A DNA stretch of 64,000 bases. Origin: Desulfatiglandales bacterium. Its GTDB lineage: Bacteria > Desulfobacterota > DSM-4660 > Desulfatiglandales > HGW-15. Each line of letters starts with the position of its first letter. Position 1 is the stretch's first letter. This document shows positions 21,537 through 29,834 of the stretch, piece by piece. The notes under the pieces were generated by a model, which saw only the letters and a list, made by a program, of their open reading frames with translations, searched no databases and was not told the origin of the DNA. The stretch is from NCBI GenBank assembly GCA_963667015.2, contig CAXXJJ010000004.1:1024001-1088000 (forward strand), read 5' to 3'. Made by a program: the position numbers and the translations under genes.

Positions 21537-23039
21537 ATGAAAATTGAGGGTTACCCGGTAATTTCAAAACAAGAGGTGCTTGACCTTATAAAAGACGGAG
21601 ATACTGTTGCATTTAGCGGATTCAGTGCGGCCGGAGCAGCCAAGGCTGTTCCTGTCATGCTGGCCGAACATGCAAAGGAAGAACATCGTAACGGACGCAA
21701 GTTCAGTATAAGGGTACTGTCCGGAGCCTCCAGCGGAGATTATCTTGATAATGATCTGCCCGCAGCTAATGCCATTTCATGGCGGGCGCCTTACCAGGGA
21801 GGAAAGATACTCAGGGAACAGATTAACCGCCAGGAAGTGGAATATGTGGATATGCACCTGTCCCATCTGGCACAGACCGTGGGAGCGGGTTTTTTCGGCA
21901 AAATAGATGTTGCTGTGGTGGAGGCCACCCAGATCACATCAGACGGCAGGGTCTACTTTTCCACGTCCATCGGTGCATCCCCTGCCTGGCTGACCTTTGC
22001 GGAAAAGGTAATAATTGAACTCAATCATTACCATTCCCCCCGCCTGGGCGAGCTTGCAGATATTTTTACCATCCCTCCTCCGCCAAGACGCAACCCGATA
22101 AATGTATATACACCTCTGACCAAAATCGGGTTCCCATATGCCTGTGTGGACCCTAAAAAAGTGTCGGGCATTATTGAAAACAATGAACCGGATCAGGTAG
22201 AGGCCTTCAGCCAGGAGGACGAAAACAGCCGTAAAATAGCTGATCACGTTATTGAATTTCTTTTAAAAGAGAAATCTGCAGGCCGCATTCCGCCCGAGTT
22301 ATTTCCATTTCAGGCCGGGGTGGGCAATACGGCCAATGCCGTACTGGCAGGTCTGGGGCGCCACCCGGATATCCCGCCATTTTACATGTACTCTGAAGTG
22401 TTCCAGGATTCGATGAAGGATCTGATTGATGCGGGAAAGATTCTGGGTGCAAGCGCCACATCCCTGACCATTGTACCGGAGAAACTCAAGCAAATTGAAC
22501 GTGACATGGATTTTTACAACCGAAAGATTGTACTCCGGCCTCAGGAAATTACCAACCACCCGGGTATTATCCGCCGACTGGGAGTAATCGCCATGAATAC
22601 GGCTATTGAAATGGATATTTACGGGAACGTGAATTCTTCCCACGTGTGGGGAACTCATGTCATAAACGGGGTTGGAGGAAGCGGCGAGTTTACCCGGAAC
22701 AGTCATTTGTCCATTTTTATGACCCCGTCCATTGCAAAGCACGGAAAAATCTCCGCAGTGGTACCCATGGTCCCACATGTAGACAACAATGAACATTCGG
22801 TCCAGGTGGTGGTAACTGAACAGGGACTGGCTGATTTGAGAGGCCTTGGGCCCCTGGAGCGTGCGGACAGGATTATCAATTCATGTGCCCATCCGGCATA
22901 CCGCCCATACTTAAAGGATTATATTGCACGGCAAAAAAATAACGGCCATATATGTCATGATCTTAACCGCTGTTTTGAGCTTCATCTCAATTTCATGAAA
23001 TATGGATCCATGCTTCCTGAGGGGCAACTAAAAGGGTAA
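21537..23039 (+). CDS. Succinate CoA-transferase / acetyl-CoA hydrolase family (AarC/Cat1/ScpC-like)
   Basis: YVDMHLSH, QAGVGNTANA, YSEVFQD, LRPQEITNHP, GVGGSGEFTRN and VTEQGLADLRGL. ATG after GGAGG. Confidence 0.92.
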   Translation: MKIEGYPVISKQEVLDLIKDGDTVAFSGFSAAGAAKAVPVMLAEHAKEEHRNGRKFSIRVLSGASSGDYLDNDLPAANAISWRAPYQGGKILREQINRQEVEYVDMHLSHLAQTVGAGFFGKIDVAVVEATQITSDGRVYFSTSIGASPAWLTFAEKVIIELNHYHSPRLGELADIFTIPPPPRRNPINVYTPLTKIGFPYACVDPKKVSGIIENNEPDQVEAFSQEDENSRKIADHVIEFLLKEKSAGRIPPELFPFQAGVGNTANAVLAGLGRHPDIPPFYMYSEVFQDSMKDLIDAGKILGASATSLTIVPEKLKQIERDMDFYNRKIVLRPQEITNHPGIIRRLGVIAMNTAIEMDIYGNVNSSHVWGTHVINGVGGSGEFTRNSHLSIFMTPSIAKHGKISAVVPMVPHVDNNEHSVQVVVTEQGLADLRGLGPLERADRIINSCAHPAYRPYLKDYIARQKNNGHICHDLNRCFELHLNFMKYGSMLPEGQLKG

Positions 23040-23254
23040 TCCGGGACATCCTTCTACACCCTTATTTATCCTTTAAATATTCCGGATAATGTTCTTTCAT
23101 GCAGTCCGGGCCTTTTCAAGCCCCCGCCTGGCCTCACGCGCCTTTTCCAGAATTTGATATTGCTGCCTTCCTGATCTTTTAAACTGCAGTGACAGGAAGA
23201 TTCCAAAGATGTTCGCAGAGATATAACTGCCCAGTATCGGCAATGTCTCTTTTT

Positions 23255-23495
23255 CGTTCCATGGTATAGAATTTTTAACAATAAAGAGGTGCTTATCGCT
23301 ATAAATACGGATTACAATAAACCTAAAAGTGCATGGGTTACCGTAGATAATGGTTTACATTCTGCCGGAGATATCATGACCTGTATTTACTCTACAGATT
23401 CACTGCAGATAAATTCCAGTGTAAATATAGAAGATCGAAACGGAAAAGCCATTTACATCACTGTGCCGGCTACCGGATTCGTTATATTTGAATAG
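23255..23495 (+). pseudogene. C-terminal remnant of an alpha-amylase-family glycoside hydrolase
   Basis: VPWYRIFNNKEVLIAINTD...AWVTVDNGLH...CIYSTD...RNGKAIYITVPATGFVIFE* resembles a GH13 C-terminal beta domain. No catalytic domain upstream. Confidence 0.55.
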
Positions 23496-23582
23496 ATGTA
23501 TTATCTATTTGACAATAAAAAAGGTTCTCCTGGAGAAGGCAAAATGTTAAAGTTCTTGAGTATTATTCTGTTAAGTTTTATA

Positions 23583-23608
23583 ATTATGAATTAGCGTCAA
23601 TTCATAAT
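23583..23608. promoter_or_regulatory. Perfect 10-bp inverted repeat, candidate operator of the GRE operon
   Basis: ATTATGAATT-AGCGTC-AATTCATAAT, about 195 nt upstream of ATG 23803. Confidence 0.45.
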
Positions 23609-23802
23609 CCATCAGTTGAACTTTCCGAAATTTCAGAAAACAGACAGCAGGATTCCAGAAATATCATATACGCTTTGCTCAGTTCTATTATGAAATGCTC
23701 AGAGATGAAGTAAACATTTTCACAGACAATTGATGCCATTTTTTTTCTTAGAAGTTGTCGAAAATAGATAATTCAGAATAAACTATTATTAGAGGAGGCA
23801 CC

Positions 23803-26280
23803 ATGACAAATAATATTAAAGACTTCAGGGAAAAGTTAAATGAATATACGCCTGAAAATATGGATGAAAAACTTCCGTTGCTGGTAAACCTTCTTAACAG
23901 GCATTATAAAGCACGCGCAGAGGTTGATATTGAAAGAGCCTACTATATAACGAAATATCTTAAAAAAGCGGATAATGGAAATGAGCCTGTCCCGATAAAA
24001 AGAGCAAACGCTGTAAAAAACTATCTTTCAAAAAGAAAAGTGTTTTTCCACGATAATAATATGCTTGGCGGAGCAACAACATCAAAAGAAATTGGTGCGC
24101 CTCTTTACCCTGAATTTCTCGGGCTGGCAATCTGGCCTGAGCTTGACACAATAAGCACAAGAGCAGCCAATCCTCAGTTTTTAAACGAAAATGATGCTGC
24201 CACTCTTAACTTTGATATATTTCCTTACTGGATGGATAAAACCATTTTAGAACTTGTAAGGAAAGAAGCACCCAGAGAACAGAGTCTTCTTGAGAAAATG
24301 GTGCTTTTAACTGTCTCAAAATCTGCAACAATATCCCACACAACACCATGTTATGAAATAGTGATAAAAAAAGGAATAAACGGCATTATTAAGGAGGCAA
24401 AGGACAAAAAGCAGGGCACAAACGATAAAGATAAAATCATATTTTATGATTCAGTAATTGCTGCAATGGAAGGTGTTTTATCCTATGCAGCCAATATTTC
24501 AAAAACTGCATATGAACTTGCCGGAATTGAGCCAAATAGTGAACGCAGGAAAAACCTGACAGATATTGCTGAAATTTGCGCAAATGTTCCTGCAAACCCT
24601 GCATCGAGTTATCGCGAAGCTGTAAACTGTTTGTGGATATGCCAGGTAGCTGTTTTTGCCGAAAATTCAAACATGGCAATAAACCCCGGAAGGATTGATC
24701 AAATCCTTTATCCATATTTCATCAAAGATTATGAGTCTAATAAGCTATCAATTGAGGAAGCATTAAAAATCACCGGGTCACTGTGGTTCAAGCTTGCTGA
24801 TAATGTAAACCTTGTACCTGAAGCAGCGGAACGTTTGTTTGGAGGGGCGGGTGCTGTTCCTGCAGTAACATTAGGTGGAGTTGACAAAAATGGAAATGAT
24901 GCGGTTAACGAACTGACATACCTGTGTCTCAAGGTAACAGAGCTTTTACCCATACGCGACCCTAACGTGAATGCAAGGTATCTGGAAGGAACAAATTCAA
25001 AAGAATACAGAGATGAAGTAAGCAGGGTTATCTTAAAAACAAAGGCTATCCCGGCTTTTTTCAATGATAATGAAAACATTAAGACTCTTGTAAACCAGGG
25101 TGTGTCAATTGAACATGCCAGGGATTATGCTGTCATTGGATGCGTGGAGCTTGGGAGCGCCGGCAGGGATTACAGCTCAAGCTCATCAATCTTTATGATG
25201 CTCTATACTATCCTTTATATGACCCTGCATAACGGGAAGACTCCTGTTACAGGTAATGAACAGATCGGGGCAAGGACAGGGGATGTGAGCAGTTTTAAAA
25301 CAATTGATGATTTTTTTGATGCCTATGAAAAACAGTATGAACACATGGCTGATCTGGCTGTTTATCTTAATAATCTTTATGGCAAGAAGCATCAGGAAAA
25401 TCTTCCAACACCTTTGCTTTCGGCTTTTTTTGAAGGGCCAATGGACAAAGGCAGAGATTTAATATTTGGCGGAGCAACATACAATTCTTCAGGTATAACC
25501 CACATAGGTTTTGCAGATGTTTGTGACTCAATTAATGCCATTGAACATATTTGCTTTGACAGAAGTTCTGAAATTAAAATGACTCTTAGTCAATTAGTTG
25601 ATGCAGTTGATAATAATTTTGAAGGATATAAAGAACTGCAGGCTTATATCCGAAATCGCGCGCCTAAATATGGTACAGAAAATGAGATGGCGATAAAAAA
25701 TTCAAGAAAGTTAATTAACCTCCATTACAGGATTTTTAATGAAAAACAGAATTATCGTGGGGGTAATCACAGGCTGGCATACTGGACAATGACAAATCAT
25801 GCAGGCTATGGAAGTGTTGCAAAGGCTCTGCCAAACGGCAGGAAAGCAAAATGCATATTATCAAGCGGCATAACTCCTGTTTCACAAATTAACACTCAAC
25901 TGACAACTGCACTTAACTCTGTTGCATGCCTTAACAGTGAATGTATACCCGGGGCATATGCATTAAACATGAAATATACACCAATAGATATAACAGATGA
26001 AACAGTGGATAAATTTGGCAGTGTTGTCAGTGGATATTTTAATAATGGTGGACAGCAGGTTCAGTTTAATATTCGAAGTTACGAGGAACTGCTTGATGCA
26101 AAAGCAAACCCTGAAAAATATCCAAGGTTACTGGTCAGGGTATCCGGATATTCTGCAAATTTTAATTCGCTAAATGATGCAATGAAAGATGAGTTGATCA
26201 CGCGAAGCCAATATAACCTTTCATCAGGGACATTGGTCGAGCTTCAACCTTTGCCAAAATCTTTTGTTGATCCTGATTAA
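23803..26280 (+). CDS. Glycyl radical enzyme (PFL-like superfamily, not canonical PFL)
   Basis: Cys loop IGCVELG, glycyl loop LLVRVSGYS, and motifs GRIDQILYPY, VQFN and ALPNGRKA. Confidence 0.92.
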   Translation: MTNNIKDFREKLNEYTPENMDEKLPLLVNLLNRHYKARAEVDIERAYYITKYLKKADNGNEPVPIKRANAVKNYLSKRKVFFHDNNMLGGATTSKEIGAPLYPEFLGLAIWPELDTISTRAANPQFLNENDAATLNFDIFPYWMDKTILELVRKEAPREQSLLEKMVLLTVSKSATISHTTPCYEIVIKKGINGIIKEAKDKKQGTNDKDKIIFYDSVIAAMEGVLSYAANISKTAYELAGIEPNSERRKNLTDIAEICANVPANPASSYREAVNCLWICQVAVFAENSNMAINPGRIDQILYPYFIKDYESNKLSIEEALKITGSLWFKLADNVNLVPEAAERLFGGAGAVPAVTLGGVDKNGNDAVNELTYLCLKVTELLPIRDPNVNARYLEGTNSKEYRDEVSRVILKTKAIPAFFNDNENIKTLVNQGVSIEHARDYAVIGCVELGSAGRDYSSSSSIFMMLYTILYMTLHNGKTPVTGNEQIGARTGDVSSFKTIDDFFDAYEKQYEHMADLAVYLNNLYGKKHQENLPTPLLSAFFEGPMDKGRDLIFGGATYNSSGITHIGFADVCDSINAIEHICFDRSSEIKMTLSQLVDAVDNNFEGYKELQAYIRNRAPKYGTENEMAIKNSRKLINLHYRIFNEKQNYRGGNHRLAYWTMTNHAGYGSVAKALPNGRKAKCILSSGITPVSQINTQLTTALNSVACLNSECIPGAYALNMKYTPIDITDETVDKFGSVVSGYFNNGGQQVQFNIRSYEELLDAKANPEKYPRLLVRVSGYSANFNSLNDAMKDELITRSQYNLSSGTLVELQPLPKSFVDPD

Positions 26281-26310
26281 TTTTATTTACAATACAAGTA
26301 GGAGATAAAA

Positions 26311-26811
26311 ATGAAATTACTTTCTAATGATATCATGCCTGCAATAGGGAAACTAAACAGAGATAACAAGCTTGAGTTTGTTAAAAGGCTTCTTATCGAA
26401 GAAATGACAAGTGATAAAATGGATTCACTTTTAGAATTATTACTTGATGCAATGAAATTAGTCTTTGTTTTTAACGGGGAATTCAGAAAGAACATAAATA
26501 CATTTAGTGCCAGGTATACATTCAGGATTGGCATCAATGGAACCGGTGCCACTATAATTTTCAAACCGATCAAGGCAATAAGGTACGGCAGGATGATAGT
26601 AGAAAATGAGCCCCTTGATAATGCTGATGTATCAGTTAATTTTGAAAGCGGCAAAGCAATGGCTGAATTTCTTTTTTCTCCTAATCCTGACATATTCGGA
26701 GCATTGCTGGATAATAAATTGTCATTCAGCGGGAACCTGAACTATCTTTTTAAGTTTGCGTACATGGCAAAACATTTGCCAAAAGCACTTGGCATTCCGC
26801 TCCCGACATGA
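26311..26811 (+). CDS. SCP2 sterol/lipid-binding-like domain protein
   Basis: FSARYTFR...ADVSVNF...PDIFGALLDNKLSFSGNLNYLFKF resembles the SCP2 fold C-terminal pattern. Confidence 0.6.
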   Translation: MKLLSNDIMPAIGKLNRDNKLEFVKRLLIEEMTSDKMDSLLELLLDAMKLVFVFNGEFRKNINTFSARYTFRIGINGTGATIIFKPIKAIRYGRMIVENEPLDNADVSVNFESGKAMAEFLFSPNPDIFGALLDNKLSFSGNLNYLFKFAYMAKHLPKALGIPLPT

Positions 26812-27620
26812 AACCTGATAACCCGTTAATTTTTGATATTGCAAAAGGTTCTTTTGTTGACGGTGCGGGAATAAGGACTGTAATTTTTTTTAAAGGCTGT
26901 CCTTTGCGCTGTCAATGGTGTCAGAATCCTGAATCACAAAATCCTGAACCTGAAATACTGCATTTTCCTGAAAAGTGTATTGAATGCGGCAATTGTTCGA
27001 ATGGTAAGAGCTGCTATACGGATGCAAGAAAGACGATCGGCAGATATTATTCTCCTGAAGAATTAATAAAAATAATATTGCAGGATAAAGCATATTATGA
27101 AGCTTCAGAGGGAGGTGTAACGTTATCCGGAGGTGAACCTGCTTCTTTTCCGAAATATCTTAACAGAGTATTGCCTGAACTGAAAAATAAAAAAATAAAT
27201 ATAGCGATTCAAACAAGCGGATTTTTTGATTACACATTATTTGAAACATATATTCTTCCATACATTGATACGGTTTTTTATGACATAAAAATATTAGATC
27301 CTGAGAAGCATAAAAAATATACAGGCGTATCAAACGAAATAATCATTGAAAATTTTTTAAAGCTTTTAGGTTCCGGAATAGAAATAAACCCAAGAGTTCC
27401 ACTTGTTCCCAATATTACAGCGACAAAAGAAAATCTTGCAGAAATTTCCAATTTTTTAAGGAATAATAACATCAGAAAGTGTAAATTATTGCCTTACAAT
27501 ACAGCAGGCCTTTCGAAATTAAAAAGGCTTGGAAGAAAAATCCCCAAAGATATCGCTGAATTTCCTATGTCTGCTGAAGAAGAAATAAAATGGCAAAAAA
27601 TGTTTCTTAGCTCAAAATAA
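26808..27620 (+). CDS. Glycyl-radical activating enzyme (radical SAM)
   Basis: DGAGIRTVIFFKGCPLRCQWCQNPES, a short Cys insert CIECGNC...C, GGVTLSGGEP and LLPYN. ATGA overlap with the upstream gene. Confidence 0.95.
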   Translation: MKPDNPLIFDIAKGSFVDGAGIRTVIFFKGCPLRCQWCQNPESQNPEPEILHFPEKCIECGNCSNGKSCYTDARKTIGRYYSPEELIKIILQDKAYYEASEGGVTLSGGEPASFPKYLNRVLPELKNKKINIAIQTSGFFDYTLFETYILPYIDTVFYDIKILDPEKHKKYTGVSNEIIIENFLKLLGSGIEINPRVPLVPNITATKENLAEISNFLRNNNIRKCKLLPYNTAGLSKLKRLGRKIPKDIAEFPMSAEEEIKWQKMFLSSK

Positions 27621-27640
27621 CATATCAAGGAGGAATTAAC

Positions 27641-28657
27641 ATGGATACTGAATTTCATTATTACATGACGGGATTAATAGCAAACGCAGCTGGTTTCAGT
27701 GAAGATGAAGCGAAGATTATAGCGACTTCATCGGAATACGTGGATGAAAATGATGTATGTCTGTCAATTGAGGATCGTTCAAGTAAAAAAGTGTATCAAA
27801 ACTATATTTCGCAGACGATGAATATTCTTAAGCCGAAACAGAAATTACTGAGAATATATCCCGTATTTCATTTTGTTCCTGGAGATCCGATGAGTGAAAG
27901 TGCGTTACGCTGCGATGGAAAGATGCATTTATTAAATACCACACCTAACAATGAAATAGCCACGAAGATGTTTGATCTGGCTTTCAAGTCATCAGCAGAT
28001 ACTCGACTCTATCGCATAGGAATAGCTACCCATGCATATGCTGATACCTGGGCGCATCAAAATTTCGTAGGATGGTATGATTTTTATAATAATATTTCTT
28101 TAGATTTAAAACCAGATATTGGACATGCTAATGCTGAGCATCATCCCGATTGGCCCGCGCACCGATGGGAGGATGCGCGCCTGGTTAATGACGAAATCGA
28201 CAATACTGATCGATTCCTTTCAGCCGCAAATAAAATTTATAATAAATATATGAATTATAATAAACAAAAAGGTCGAAAGGCGAATACCAGCTGGAATAAA
28301 CTTTCAAGTCAATTGATCAAAGCCATGGGGCCTTCATTCTCTGGAAGCAAAAACTATTATCACGAGGATCGTTTAAATAATTACAGGGACCTGGCACCGT
28401 GGTTGGGCGACTTTGATGAATCAGACTGGTTCAATGAAGCAATTGATATAAAAGTTAGGGGTTTAAAGGATTCAGAAAGCGGTTTGCTTTCTATGATCAC
28501 AATGCTACACGATAAGCTTTACTGGAAAGAAGAAACAGATAAGGAAAAGACGAATTGGTATAAGTTCCAAGAAGCAGTAAAAGAGCATCAGAAAGAGGCA
28601 ATGAAGGATCTTGATAAATTGTTTGCCAAAATGAATATTAACCTTCATACGGTCTAA
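27641..28657 (+). CDS. Hypothetical protein, putative Zn-dependent phospholipase C/P1 nuclease-like hydrolase (DUF6765-like)
   Basis: N-terminal MDTEFHYY, YVDEN, FHFVPG, HAYADTWAHQNF (HxxxDxxxH) and IGHA...PD. Confidence 0.6.
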   Translation: MDTEFHYYMTGLIANAAGFSEDEAKIIATSSEYVDENDVCLSIEDRSSKKVYQNYISQTMNILKPKQKLLRIYPVFHFVPGDPMSESALRCDGKMHLLNTTPNNEIATKMFDLAFKSSADTRLYRIGIATHAYADTWAHQNFVGWYDFYNNISLDLKPDIGHANAEHHPDWPAHRWEDARLVNDEIDNTDRFLSAANKIYNKYMNYNKQKGRKANTSWNKLSSQLIKAMGPSFSGSKNYYHEDRLNNYRDLAPWLGDFDESDWFNEAIDIKVRGLKDSESGLLSMITMLHDKLYWKEETDKEKTNWYKFQEAVKEHQKEAMKDLDKLFAKMNINLHTV

Positions 28658-28711
28658 TTCAGTTGCTCATCAGTAGTAAAAGCAGAAAAGATGAAGCTCC
28701 CTAAAATAAAT

Positions 28712-28741
28712 GACCTGCCTCGCTGCAAGCAGCGGGGCATT
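28712..28741. repeat. Imperfect palindrome resembling IS200/IS605-type end hairpins
   Basis: GACC-TGCCTCGCTG-CAAG-CAGCGGGGCA. A degenerate look-alike lies at 733-762. Confidence 0.4.
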
Positions 28742-29150
28742 AGACCCTGCACTTCACAATAAACAAACCAATGCCCCTGAAACCTTTGCCCCTTCATTCC
28801 AACTAATTGGAAAAAGATTTATTTTTAATGATATCTATTTTTAATATCACGATTAAAGACAGGATAATATGACTCATATAATCAATGTTTAGAACTTACC
28901 TTCAGGCTTGAGCATTTTTTCAAGTAGATATCCAGACAAATTTTTTTGTGGAGAACTGAAATGGGATATTTTATAGTAGAAATATTTAAATAAAACTATT
29001 ATTGTCGCAAAAAATGTTTTCCACATTATATATTAAAGTTTATATCTGGTTCAGATTCCTGAAGAGAATTATGAATAAAATATAGCCACCTGATCAACAA
29101 GATCAATCAGGCAGGTTATTGATGATGTTATTGGATAAAGGAGTATTGTC

Positions 29151-29813
29151 ATGAAAGACATAAGACACTTTGAATCAATGTATGAAAAAAAACGATCACC
29201 AATTAATTTTTTAACATTCAATACTTTTAAATTGATTATTTCTGTAACCTTTCTTGTCACTGTTTTCAGTCAGACTGCCCTCGCAGACGATAAGACTGAT
29301 GTTGAGAACCTGCTGAAGGAGAGAATTGATAACATAGTTGCCGCACTGGAAAACAAGGATCTTGCTAATGAGATTAAAGAGGAGAAGATTGAAAATATTA
29401 TCAAACCGATTATTAATTTTCCTTTAATGTCAATGCTGGTTCTGGGAAAAGAAGCCTGGACATCCCTGCCGGAAAAAGATCAAAAAAGATTTGTTGAACT
29501 GTTCGCAAAGACAATAAAACAGACCCTCATCAATAAAATACTGAATTTTGTCGATGAAAAAGTCATAATTGAAACTTCTGATCTGGTTAGTAATAAAAAG
29601 GTCAATGTTTCTATCTCTATTGTATCTAAAGATAAAAATATTCCTATACTGTTTAAGTTTTATCGATCAGGTAACGAATGGAACATTTATGATGTTGAAA
29701 TCGAAGGTGTCAGTATCCTGAAAAATTTTAAAGCTCAGTTTACGGATAGTTTACAGGACATGACGGCCCAGGAACTCATCGTTAAGATGGAAAAATCAGA
29801 TTCATCCAAGTAA
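29151..29813 (+). CDS. MlaC/Ttg2D/HpnM-family periplasmic lipid-binding protein
   Basis: Signal-like segment ending TALA, plus INFPLMSMLVLG..W, RFVELF and WNIYDVEIEGVSILKNFKAQF. Confidence 0.88.
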   Translation: MKDIRHFESMYEKKRSPINFLTFNTFKLIISVTFLVTVFSQTALADDKTDVENLLKERIDNIVAALENKDLANEIKEEKIENIIKPIINFPLMSMLVLGKEAWTSLPEKDQKRFVELFAKTIKQTLINKILNFVDEKVIIETSDLVSNKKVNVSISIVSKDKNIPILFKFYRSGNEWNIYDVEIEGVSILKNFKAQFTDSLQDMTAQELIVKMEKSDSSK

Positions 29814-29834
29814 CTTATATCAATAATTATTAAT

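Noticed and set aside
23066..23281. 71-aa minus-strand ORF from the track
   Set aside because: No motif or RBS. It spans the junction of two remnants that read better in other frames.
23803..26280. Annotating either GRE as pyruvate formate-lyase (pflB)
   Set aside because: Both lack the adjacent Cys-Cys pair of true PFL.
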